This document shows, piece by piece, positions 19,603 through 28,685 of a stretch of 64,000 nt of DNA. The notes under the pieces were generated by a model. That model was not told where the DNA came from and searched no databases. It was given only the letters and a program-made list of their open reading frames with translations. The stretch's first letter is position 1, and every line of letters starts with the position of its first letter. The translations under genes and the position numbers were made by a program. The DNA comes from Firmicutes bacterium ADurb.Bin146 (lineage in GTDB: Bacteria > Bacillota > Clostridia > DUPQ01): positions 2,354 to 66,353 of the forward strand of contig MWDI01000026.1 in NCBI GenBank assembly GCA_002070475.1. Reading direction: 5' to 3'.

Positions 19603-20046
19603 TCATCTCCCTTGATTAATTTTATATGCCTCATCACAGTCATTCTTTATGCTTTCAGCCTGCTTTATAAATTTTTTAGAAGTTTTTGTCACTGCTTTTT
19701 TAAATTTTTCAAATTCCTCCTTACATTGTTCATACTGTTGTGTCTGTATTTCTTTTTCAGATATTACATCTTTTAATATGTTATCCGCTTGTTTTCTTGC
19801 ATCAGTTATTATTTTATCAGCTGCATTTCTTGCATGTACAAGAGTGTGTACTATTTCATCCTGATTTTTGTTTAGCTGTTCTAGTCTTTTCATAAGAGCA
19901 TTATTCTGCATCAGTATCTCTGTTACCTGCCTATCCTTTTCATGGATATGAGTGTTAAGATCCTCGTTAAGAAGTTCTATGTATTTAATAACATCTTTCT
20001 TGGAATATCCGAATAAGACTTTTTTTAGACCTTTGAATGCAATCAT
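19603..20046 (-). CDS. DivIVA-domain coiled-coil protein
   Basis: 147 aa; N-terminus ...FGYSKKDVIKYIELLNEDL resembles the DivIVA lipid-binding head; rest predicted coiled coil. Confidence 0.55.
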   Translation of the reverse strand: MIAFKGLKKVLFGYSKKDVIKYIELLNEDLNTHIHEKDRQVTEILMQNNALMKRLEQLNKNQDEIVHTLVHARNAADKIITDARKQADNILKDVISEKEIQTQQYEQCKEEFEKFKKAVTKTSKKFIKQAESIKNDCDEAYKINQGR

Positions 20047-20096
20047 ATCAACTCTTCCTCTATTTTATTCTCTTTCATTATATTACATACATTGCT

Positions 20097-21500
20097 TTAC
20101 TGGTTAAGTTTTACCCTCTTTATTTTACCCCATTGTAATTTTTTCTTTTTATAACCTATAAAGGATGTCATTCTAGTGAAAGCCAGTATTATCCTAAATC
20201 CCACATTTTCATATATGCATGCCCATATGGCTTTCCACACATCCTCTTTGGTCAGTCTTATGTTCTGGGTATGTATTCTGGAGAAAAAAGCAGACAGAGT
20301 AATAACCGCTCCGAAAAGTAAAGAAATTACCATATAAGTTAATGCAACTTTGGTTGTTACCATTCCAAGAAGGAACATTGCTATAACTGACAATATTCCA
20401 AAAATCTCTATATATGGCGATAACAGCTCAAAGATAAGGAAATACATATAAGATATAAAGCTCACTGCTCCAAATTTACGGCTAAAAAGCATCTGCTTAT
20501 GCTTGCTCAAACTTTGGAATAATCCTAAATGCCATCTTCGCCTCTGTTTTCGTAAATCTCTCATACTTTCAGGAGCCTGACTCCAGCACACTGCTTCAGT
20601 TTCATATTTTATTGTATATGGAATATTATTTTTCCTACAGAAAACATGCAACCTTACCACAAGTTCCATATCTTCTCCCATAGTTCCATTATCATAACCT
20701 CCGACAGCAATTACAATATCTTTTTTAAATAATCCGAATGCTCCGGATATTATCATGCTTCCGTTAAACATATCGAATAGAATCCTAGACGCTAAAAATG
20801 ATCTTTCGTATTCCAGAACCTGCATAGCAGTGACCATTTTTTTAGGCATGCCATATTTTTTTACTTTCCCATTTTCCAGAATAACTCCGTTAGCTATCCT
20901 GACAAGCCCTCCACAGGCTATAAGATTCTCATCTGTTAGCACCGGTCTTACAATTCTTTCCAGAGCATCTGACTGAAGCATGGAATCAGCATCCATGCAT
21001 ATGAAGTAAGGATATCTGGAAGCATTTATGCCCATATTCAAAGCATCTGCTTTGCCACCATTTTTCTTTCTTATAAGTACAACAGGTACTTTATATGCAT
21101 AACTTTCATAAACGAACTCCTCTTGCTGACATCTTATGCTTTTTTTAATCTTTCTTCTTAACTTTGTCATCTTAAATTCTTCTATTAAAACCTTTGATGT
21201 ATCATCTTTGGATCCGTCATCAACAACTATTATCTCATAGAGCTTGTAATCCAAGTTCAAAAGAGAGTGTACTGTATCACAGATAGTTACTTCTTCGTTA
21301 TAACCGGGGACAATAATAGAAACAGGAAAATAGTATTCATGTGAAATTTCATTATGCAGCCTGCTCATTTGTTGATTTTTATACAGTTCTGAAGCTCCTA
21401 CAGTCACGGATATTACTAAAAAAGTCGCATACACAAGAAGATATAAAGAGTAAAATGCTCCTATTGATATTAGTATGGTCCTAACAACTTCTACAAACAT
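20097..21500 (-). CDS. Processive family-2 glycosyltransferase (PgaC/IcaA/BcsA-like synthase), multi-pass membrane
   Basis: 467 aa; VVDDGSKD, CMDADS, GEDMEL and QRRRWHLG (D,D,D,QxxRW) motifs; TM helices at both ends; no PilZ domain. Confidence 0.85.
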   Translation of the reverse strand: MFVEVVRTILISIGAFYSLYLLVYATFLVISVTVGASELYKNQQMSRLHNEISHEYYFPVSIIVPGYNEEVTICDTVHSLLNLDYKLYEIIVVDDGSKDDTSKVLIEEFKMTKLRRKIKKSIRCQQEEFVYESYAYKVPVVLIRKKNGGKADALNMGINASRYPYFICMDADSMLQSDALERIVRPVLTDENLIACGGLVRIANGVILENGKVKKYGMPKKMVTAMQVLEYERSFLASRILFDMFNGSMIISGAFGLFKKDIVIAVGGYDNGTMGEDMELVVRLHVFCRKNNIPYTIKYETEAVCWSQAPESMRDLRKQRRRWHLGLFQSLSKHKQMLFSRKFGAVSFISYMYFLIFELLSPYIEIFGILSVIAMFLLGMVTTKVALTYMVISLLFGAVITLSAFFSRIHTQNIRLTKEDVWKAIWACIYENVGFRIILAFTRMTSFIGYKKKKLQWGKIKRVKLNQ

Positions 21501-21501
21501 G

Positions 21502-22617
21502 TTATTCTCCCTGGTTAGCTTTCTTTTTCAGTCTAGCAGTCTCTATTTTATACTCCAGTATTTCTCTTGCGTATCTGTCTGCCCCATTGTATATATCAAC
21601 CAGTTCCATATATTCCACATCCAAAGAAACCAGGCTTTCAGAAGCATTGTATCTTATATACCAGTTATTTGATTTTAATGCATCTTTCAAAACATCAATC
21701 ACTTCTTTGCTTTTATATTTTGCTAGAGCTGAAGCTCCAATAGCCTTATATTCCCATTCCAAATTCTCCTGCTTCATAAGTGATACAAGATACTCTCCAG
21801 CCGAAGCATAATAGATTTTTCCGAAATATCGGATTATTGCCAACTTGATTTCTTTATGGGTATATTTATTTTTTAGTAAAGCTAAAAATGGTTCTGCATA
21901 ATCTAAAGTTGAAACCTTTATGAAATTTATTATAGCAATCCTTATATTAATATCAAATCTGTCAAATTCTTTCCATAACAGCGATGCAAGTTTTGCTCTG
22001 TCTCCTTGAAACAACAGTAATCCATCAGATATCAATTTGTTATTGTGCTTTATATTTAACTCCTGCATTCGGAGCATTGCGGTAAGAATAGCTTCACTGT
22101 TGTTAGAAGTGTACAATGCATGAAGAGCATTTTGTCTGACATAAACAGACTTGTTCATTGTGTATGAAATCATGACTGAGACTATGAAGTCATAACTAGC
22201 ATCATCACAAAGCCTGAATTCTGATATAAGAAAAGCAAGATAAGCTTTTTTTGTGTTTTCTTTAGTATCAAATTCGATAAGCACATATTCAAATAGCGGT
22301 TTACATAACTTAAGATATCTAAATGTGTTTTTTTCATTTATTTTAACTTCTTCTTTTATAGCGTCATGAAATGCCTTTAAAACCTTTACCTTTGTTAGTC
22401 TTCTAAATAGATATGACTGTTTATTTTCATCTATCTTGCTGTTTTTTGAAACAAGCAGTACTTGTTCTCTTACTATCTGCCTTATTTTTTCTTTCTTACC
22501 CTTAAAAAGGTAATCCTTGTAACGCAGATATAAAAGATAAGCCGTATTGAATAGAATCATTAATATACATATTATGATGTAGATGATTAATATGAGATCT
22601 ATCCTAATTTCACTCAT
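21502..22617 (-). CDS. Membrane-anchored HEAT-repeat protein
   Basis: 371 aa; N-terminal TM (IDLILIIYIIICILMILF); repeated helical units ending ...NWYIRYNASESLVSL typical of HEAT_2/PBS-lyase repeats. Confidence 0.6.
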   Translation of the reverse strand: MSEIRIDLILIIYIIICILMILFNTAYLLYLRYKDYLFKGKKEKIRQIVREQVLLVSKNSKIDENKQSYLFRRLTKVKVLKAFHDAIKEEVKINEKNTFRYLKLCKPLFEYVLIEFDTKENTKKAYLAFLISEFRLCDDASYDFIVSVMISYTMNKSVYVRQNALHALYTSNNSEAILTAMLRMQELNIKHNNKLISDGLLLFQGDRAKLASLLWKEFDRFDINIRIAIINFIKVSTLDYAEPFLALLKNKYTHKEIKLAIIRYFGKIYYASAGEYLVSLMKQENLEWEYKAIGASALAKYKSKEVIDVLKDALKSNNWYIRYNASESLVSLDVEYMELVDIYNGADRYAREILEYKIETARLKKKANQGE

Positions 22618-24763
22618 TATCTTTAGTCATTCCCTCGCTTGTCCACACTTGCTTTATCATATAGTAGGATTGTTTCAATCTCTCATGATAAGTAACTTTA
22701 TCCCATCCTTTTAATTTGAATGGAGACATTTTTATTATATTCCCTTTGTTTTGATTTGACCCTATCCCTATTCCTATCCCTTTTATATTTATAAATTCCA
22801 CACCATAATTTTCATAATAGTCATCATGAACCTTCATTTTAGACGGATCAGAAAAATTCAATATACTCCAAGGTATCCTCATTTCTATATAATCCTCGTT
22901 TATATAAAAATCTGCTAGAGAATTGTATTCATCATCTTTTGGATTGCTGTTGCCATGTGTAAGTATTCCTGTTTCATATGTCTGGGCCATTAAATCGGGA
23001 TTATTTATCTTTTCTACTGATTCTAGTTGAAGTATAAGGCGTATCTGATTAAAAACAGGACTGTTCTTTTGTGGAGGATTAGAATAGGGGTTCACCCCAT
23101 TTACATACTGATCATATAACGCTTTAAGAGTATCATATCTTTCCTGTACTAGAATCCTTGTTTCTTCCTGTCCATCGATGACTATCAAAAAATCTGCATA
23201 TGCATCAAATCTGACATCATGTTCAGTACTGTAATTACTACCGGTTTTTGGTGTAGTGTCTATGGGTATGTATAGGATATCTGATTTTTCATCATAATTT
23301 TTTTTGTAAACAAGGTAATATATATACTTTTCATCATACTGCATGTATATTTTCATATCACCGTTAATAACAGCAGGGTTTATGTTTTCCCATTCCGTTA
23401 TATCCCCATCAACATGACATAATACATCTTCCTCACCAGGGTCAAATGACAAGATACCGAAACCTTGATCACTTGATTGTGAGTCTGACCAGTATATAAG
23501 TCTTTTTTCATCAACAGCATGCTGGGTGTTCCATGTAGCTTGTGTCCAGTCATCCTGCCATATATACAAAAGGCTTCCTGCACAGTTTACTGATTTTATC
23601 TGTTCATATGTGTCGATAATTATCTTCCCTTGCTCATATTCTGTGTTTCGCCCCTGGTTATACCCTTTATTTGTATCTTCATGTGCCATTCCTCTTGCAG
23701 TAGGTACTCCAAATTCCGTTATTACTATAGGAATACTATGATGAAGTTTGAGCATTTTAAGATATGCGGTGTATGTGTTCACATTTCCTTGATCATCTTT
23801 AAACCAAAATTCTTTATTCTCAAAATAGTTAAGATAACCCGGATAGTACGGATATGCATGATATGATGCGAAATGACCAGAAATAAATGCATCTGTCGTC
23901 TTTATATGTTCAACATCAACCGAAGCGCATTTCTTGAAAAACTCTGTTATATAATCTGGGTATTCAAAAGGATCTGTAGAAGGCCAGTTGAAAAATGATA
24001 TAAGCCTCTGCTCTTTATACCTTTTTGATTCATAATCTATTATAGTATCTCCTATCATGGCAAGGACAGATTCAAATGCTGTCGCTTCTTCTGATGTATA
24101 CATATACTTCCCGCTGTATCCTTCATGAGTATCATGAAGCTTATTAGTATAAGCGATGGTATTGCTGTTCCAGTTGGAACCGAGAATGTATCCGATTACC
24201 CATGGAGAAACGTCTCTAAGATAAAACCCATAACCGCTAGCCTGGTTGAGTACAAGCTGACGGTTTCCGTGAATTATATCAACAAGGATATATGTATTCT
24301 TAATTATTTCTTTATAGAAATCCTCATCCATCGCATTTATATGGCTGTTCTGTACATAATCGGATATTGTCAGACCATGCAGAAGATAAAGAGGATTATC
24401 ATTATCCTTATTATACTGATAAAGAGCATTATAGAAATCTGCATTCATGATTTGATAAACTCTTATTGTATTTGCTCCCATTTCCTGTATCTGCCTGAAC
24501 CATCTAAGAAAATCATATTTTGTAATAGAATAATCAGTTCCGAAGCTGCCAGGTATCGTATTACCAATGTTAACTCCTTTAATCTCAAATCTCTCATATT
24601 TCCCGTTTTTAAGTATATATATGCTTTCATTGTCAGTATTAAATATTGTCATGACTGGAGCATCAGGATTAAAATCAATAAAGAAGCTTGTGAAGAAGAG
24701 TATATAATTTATACCTATTGCAAGACTTATTACTATCACTGTCGCTATAAGAAACTTCTTCAT
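22610..24763 (-). CDS. Membrane-anchored 717-aa protein with clan GH-A-like (beta/alpha)8 region and C-terminal beta-rich domain
   Basis: N-terminal TM; IKGVNIGNTIPG...MGANTIRVYQ and VITEFGVPTARG (TE[FY]G nucleophile-type motif); function unknown. Confidence 0.45.
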   Translation of the reverse strand: MKKFLIATVIVISLAIGINYILFFTSFFIDFNPDAPVMTIFNTDNESIYILKNGKYERFEIKGVNIGNTIPGSFGTDYSITKYDFLRWFRQIQEMGANTIRVYQIMNADFYNALYQYNKDNDNPLYLLHGLTISDYVQNSHINAMDEDFYKEIIKNTYILVDIIHGNRQLVLNQASGYGFYLRDVSPWVIGYILGSNWNSNTIAYTNKLHDTHEGYSGKYMYTSEEATAFESVLAMIGDTIIDYESKRYKEQRLISFFNWPSTDPFEYPDYITEFFKKCASVDVEHIKTTDAFISGHFASYHAYPYYPGYLNYFENKEFWFKDDQGNVNTYTAYLKMLKLHHSIPIVITEFGVPTARGMAHEDTNKGYNQGRNTEYEQGKIIIDTYEQIKSVNCAGSLLYIWQDDWTQATWNTQHAVDEKRLIYWSDSQSSDQGFGILSFDPGEEDVLCHVDGDITEWENINPAVINGDMKIYMQYDEKYIYYLVYKKNYDEKSDILYIPIDTTPKTGSNYSTEHDVRFDAYADFLIVIDGQEETRILVQERYDTLKALYDQYVNGVNPYSNPPQKNSPVFNQIRLILQLESVEKINNPDLMAQTYETGILTHGNSNPKDDEYNSLADFYINEDYIEMRIPWSILNFSDPSKMKVHDDYYENYGVEFINIKGIGIGIGSNQNKGNIIKMSPFKLKGWDKVTYHERLKQSYYMIKQVWTSEGMTKDNE

Positions 24764-24778
24764 CTTCTTATATATCTC

Positions 24779-26191
24779 CTACCTGTTATATGGCTTATTC
24801 CTTGACTCATGAGAAAACTGCATTAACGTATCTATATTCTCATCTATCCATTTACCTCTTGCGATTATGTATTCTTTGAGTTGATTTAATGCAGCTTCAT
24901 AACTCTTAAGATTCCTTTTTGCAGGTTCTAGCATCCCTTTGTCATATACAAAAGTATATCCCCATTTTTCAAAATTCCTTTCAATAGCTGGACCTAAATA
25001 CTTAACAGTCTGGTCAATATATTCAAGTATATATTCCTCACTCAATACAGTCTTTCTTAAATCCTTATATCTTTTAATTACCAGATTTGTGAAGTACTCA
25101 TCCTTCATAAGCATGATGTACCATACTTTGTTCTGAAAGAAGAAACCCGCAGTATTCATAGGTGTTTCAATATAGTTATCATATGCATTGTTGAAATCCC
25201 ATACAGGGCCTATCTCCAACTTTCCCTTTATATCTTTAAATATGTAAGTTGAATAAATACCAGCATCGTAATTTTGAGTGAATTCATTTATTATCAAATA
25301 ATCAACAAAAGACATCACATCAATATATTTTCGATAACCTAATCTTATATCATCATAATCATAGGAATATAATGCTTTCTCGAATTTCGATATATCATCC
25401 TCAATGAAGGTTATAAGCTGCTCATTTAAATATTTTTTTGCAGGATAGATGACATTGCCAATAGATGTCGAATTAAATGTGTATCTTGTAAAAGGATTGA
25501 TTTCCTCTTCCGGATCAGAACCTCTATCCAGTCTTACTATATAGCTTGTAAAAGGATCATTCTCATTATACTTGGCTATGTCCACCCTTCCTTTGGAACG
25601 TGATACTGATTCCATCATCACATATATGCCCATATACTCATCATTTATAAATACTTCACAAAAACGTACATCCGGAGCATTTTTCATCATCTGTCCCGCT
25701 AAGTTCATGCTGATATAGTTCCTTATCAGAGTCTTATCCAGTATAGGTCCGTTAAGGACCCATTCATCATGAGATTCCATTCCCATAATCTTCTTGCTGT
25801 TTTCTGTACGGTCAGTATTAATGAGCTTGATTAGATAGGATTTCTTATCAAAGAAAAGAGAGGAATTACCTCTTGCCCTTATAGTGATAAGGCTATGCAA
25901 ATCCACTTCATCGTCTAAATGGTTATTGGAATCAGATTTATCAAATATGGAAAGGTAGGAATCTATAACCGAGCTTCCATCTACCAATGCAGGTATCTGC
26001 TGATTATGAGTGTCTATTTTTACTAAGGGAAGATGCGTGCAGAATTGTCCGTCTGTGTGGTTGCACTGAACATCCTTAACATCCATGGAATGCTGATGAT
26101 ATCTTTCATATCCATAGTTATAGAAAGTAAGAAAAACAGCTGTAGCTATAAGGAATATGATGGCTATTATACTGATTATCTTCCTATGCAA
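24779..26191 (-). CDS. CotH-family atypical kinase, N-terminally membrane-anchored
   Basis: 470 aa; single TM IISIIAIIFLIATAVFLTFY then CotH-like core (…LIKL…, YIVRLDRG, GPVWDFNNAYDNY). Confidence 0.7.
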   Translation of the reverse strand: MHRKIISIIAIIFLIATAVFLTFYNYGYERYHQHSMDVKDVQCNHTDGQFCTHLPLVKIDTHNQQIPALVDGSSVIDSYLSIFDKSDSNNHLDDEVDLHSLITIRARGNSSLFFDKKSYLIKLINTDRTENSKKIMGMESHDEWVLNGPILDKTLIRNYISMNLAGQMMKNAPDVRFCEVFINDEYMGIYVMMESVSRSKGRVDIAKYNENDPFTSYIVRLDRGSDPEEEINPFTRYTFNSTSIGNVIYPAKKYLNEQLITFIEDDISKFEKALYSYDYDDIRLGYRKYIDVMSFVDYLIINEFTQNYDAGIYSTYIFKDIKGKLEIGPVWDFNNAYDNYIETPMNTAGFFFQNKVWYIMLMKDEYFTNLVIKRYKDLRKTVLSEEYILEYIDQTVKYLGPAIERNFEKWGYTFVYDKGMLEPAKRNLKSYEAALNQLKEYIIARGKWIDENIDTLMQFSHESRNKPYNR

Positions 26192-26201
26192 AGTATCTCC
26201 T

Positions 26202-26879
26202 TTAACTGTTCACTTCATCATTCTGCTCAACAATATTCACATATTCGATGTGTTGAAGTTCATAAAGCCTATCGGTTATGCTTTTTTCATTTACAGCCGC
26301 CTTCCTCATGACTTTTTTTGATACTTCATAAATATATTCAACAGTCAGTTCCGTAGTATTTTTTACCCGAAGATTTGCTTTTGCTGAATAATAGTTGAAT
26401 ATGATTGCTTCAATCTGCCGTTCAGAACCTCTTGCTCCTTTTATTATAACAAGCATTCTATTGTCATTCTTTATTTTTCCAAATGCAAGAAGCAATACGA
26501 AAACAATAGCACTTCCTATCGCTGCTACAAGATAATCTCCTGCTCCGCAGCAAATGCCTGCTATAATCGCCCAGAATATGTATGCTGTATCCCTAGAATC
26601 TTTAATTGCAGTACGGTATCTTACGATGGACAGCGCGCCTACCATACCTAATGATAAAGCTATATTATTTCCTATAACAGTCATTACCATTGTTGTTAAT
26701 AAAGTCAGCATCAATAATGATACATTAAATTTCCTGCTATATATGGTTCCTGAATGGGTATACATATACGACAGGAATATAACTATCCCGATTGCAATAG
26801 CGACAATAAGGTGTGATAGAATCTCCTGTAATGTCAGAGTCTTTCCCTGCTCAAGCAGTTTTAACAAGTACTGTGTCAT
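26202..26879 (-). CDS. DUF4956-family membrane protein
   Basis: Start at MTQYLLK (GAGGAGGG RBS); LGMVGALSIVRYRTAIKDSRDTAYIFWAI motif characteristic of DUF4956; 4-5 TM plus soluble C-terminal domain. Confidence 0.65.
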   Translation of the reverse strand: MTQYLLKLLEQGKTLTLQEILSHLIVAIAIGIVIFLSYMYTHSGTIYSRKFNVSLLMLTLLTTMVMTVIGNNIALSLGMVGALSIVRYRTAIKDSRDTAYIFWAIIAGICCGAGDYLVAAIGSAIVFVLLLAFGKIKNDNRMLVIIKGARGSERQIEAIIFNYYSAKANLRVKNTTELTVEYIYEVSKKVMRKAAVNEKSITDRLYELQHIEYVNIVEQNDEVNS

Positions 26880-26890
26880 AATCCCTCCTC

Positions 26891-27586
26891 TTAAAAAACA
26901 TAGTTCAAACATATAGTGCGGCTTAACGCATATTTGCTTACTGATAATTCGGATTTATCAATCCTATCAAGCATATCCTTTATATACGACAGTAAAAATC
27001 CATTATACTTCACTTCTAAAACAACACTGTCTTGGTGAAAAACCGGGTACATGTTCAGATTTCCAGAAAATATATCGAAACAGCTTTCCGTAGCACGGAT
27101 ATTATGGTCAAATGTCACCCTTATATCATTTTCCTTAGCAATAAATGCTTTCCTGTTGTATTCCACTATTGCTTTAGGCCTGTAGAAACGCATATTCATA
27201 ACAGCATATGCTTCTTTTGCGAAAGGTTCCGAATAATTTAGTAAAGGTGAATAAATCCCTTTTGTTAAGAGTATAGCATCCTCTCTTGACATCTTAAGAG
27301 ATCTTTTAAGCTGTTGGGTACCTTGCTTTTGTTTCATCTCGAGAGATGCGAAATGATTATCGGTTTTGTAAATCCTTAATCTTATTTTCCTTCTTATCTC
27401 AACACCATCTTCTTTTTCATTAAAATCATTATCCGATAAAGTATCAAAATAAAGGGATCTTACAGTATAACCATGCTCGCCATTGTTTACGTCCTGAGCT
27501 AGATAGGCATTAAATGCAGCCGAGTACTTTATGTAATCTGATTTTGTTATTAGATATTTCTTTTCCTGCCTTAAGACCTGTTTCAT
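26891..27586 (-). CDS. VTC-domain (CYTH-like, polyphosphate-polymerase-type) protein
   Basis: 231 aa; N-terminal QEKKYLI..., ...RSLYFDT..., EIRRKIRLRIY, LEMKQK pattern typical of bacterial VTC-domain proteins; no TM. Confidence 0.65.
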   Translation of the reverse strand: MKQVLRQEKKYLITKSDYIKYSAAFNAYLAQDVNNGEHGYTVRSLYFDTLSDNDFNEKEDGVEIRRKIRLRIYKTDNHFASLEMKQKQGTQQLKRSLKMSREDAILLTKGIYSPLLNYSEPFAKEAYAVMNMRFYRPKAIVEYNRKAFIAKENDIRVTFDHNIRATESCFDIFSGNLNMYPVFHQDSVVLEVKYNGFLLSYIKDMLDRIDKSELSVSKYALSRTICLNYVF

Positions 27587-27667
27587 TGCTACCCCTCTAT
27601 GGCAATTAATCAGTTATATTTAAGCCTTTATCTATAATCGTTAATGTTGTAACGCTTTTGGTTGCTT

Positions 27668-28681
27668 TTATACTTCCTCGGAAAGAAGAGGGAAAAGCTC
27701 ATATGCTCCTTTTAAAATGTCTATTGAAGGTGAAGGTATCCTCCCTAATCCGTCTGGTCCGACATTAATAAGGTAATTTATTCCAAGATCATTAAGCTGC
27801 TTTCTGTATGCAGCTATCTGTTCAGGTCTCTTCCAGTTTTGATCATGATAGGAAAATCCCCATGTGTCATTTAATGTCGCGGCTGTCTCATAAAGTCCGA
27901 ATGGAGATTTTTTAGCTCCTCTTATACTGTCCAGGCTTTCGGGTATCTCATTGTCTCCTAAAGAGACATAATCATATATCCCATTTCCTAGACGTGAGTT
28001 TATCAAGCAATTTGGTTGATATTTTTTTACAAGATCATATAAAGTCTTGCTATGCTGCTCTTTCAATGTCATAGGTACATCAAACCATATAAGACAGAGC
28101 TCTCCGTAATTTCTAAGAATCTCCTCAACCTGAGGTTTGATTTTGTTCTCAAAGCAAATGTCATAATTCTTTATTGACCGGTCAGGAAAATCCCAGCAGT
28201 TGTCCCATGACTTTCCGGCAGAAAGCCTGTCAGTGCTGTATCCTCCCCCATGTTGCTCGTGCCAGTCGATATCCTGTGAATAGTACAATCCGAACTTAAG
28301 CCCATGTTTATATGAAGCTTCTGCAAGCTGTCCTATGATATCCTTTCCGTATGGCGTCATATCACATACATTGTAGCGGTCAGCTTTAGATTTAAACAAT
28401 GCGAATCCGTCATGATGTTTTGATGTAACTACCAAATAATGCATCCCACACTCCTTAGCAAACCGTACCCAACCTTCGGCATCAAAAAATACTGGATTGA
28501 ATGCTGAACACAATTTTTCATATTCCTTGATAGGTATCATATGGTATGACTGTATCCATTCTGCATAGTGGCCGCTTTTCATTCCGTCATACTCTCCGGC
28601 AAGCAAAGAATACAGTCCCCAGTGGACCATCATCCCATATCCTGCTTTTTTAAACCACTCTCTGTTTGACATATTGCTCAT
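27668..28681 (-). CDS. Alpha-L-fucosidase, GH29 (catalytic domain only)
   Basis: 337 aa; GYGMMVHWGLYS, TSKHHDGFALFKS, LIWFD motifs; no signal peptide. Confidence 0.85.
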   Translation of the reverse strand: MSNMSNREWFKKAGYGMMVHWGLYSLLAGEYDGMKSGHYAEWIQSYHMIPIKEYEKLCSAFNPVFFDAEGWVRFAKECGMHYLVVTSKHHDGFALFKSKADRYNVCDMTPYGKDIIGQLAEASYKHGLKFGLYYSQDIDWHEQHGGGYSTDRLSAGKSWDNCWDFPDRSIKNYDICFENKIKPQVEEILRNYGELCLIWFDVPMTLKEQHSKTLYDLVKKYQPNCLINSRLGNGIYDYVSLGDNEIPESLDSIRGAKKSPFGLYETAATLNDTWGFSYHDQNWKRPEQIAAYRKQLNDLGINYLINVGPDGLGRIPSPSIDILKGAYELFPLLSEEV

Positions 28682-28685
28682 AAAA

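Noticed and set aside
24125-24805. 226-aa plus-strand ORF antisense to the 717-aa gene
   Set aside because: Ile/Tyr/Lys-rich AT-driven translation with no RBS. It is fully contained in a better-supported minus-strand gene within a tight operon.
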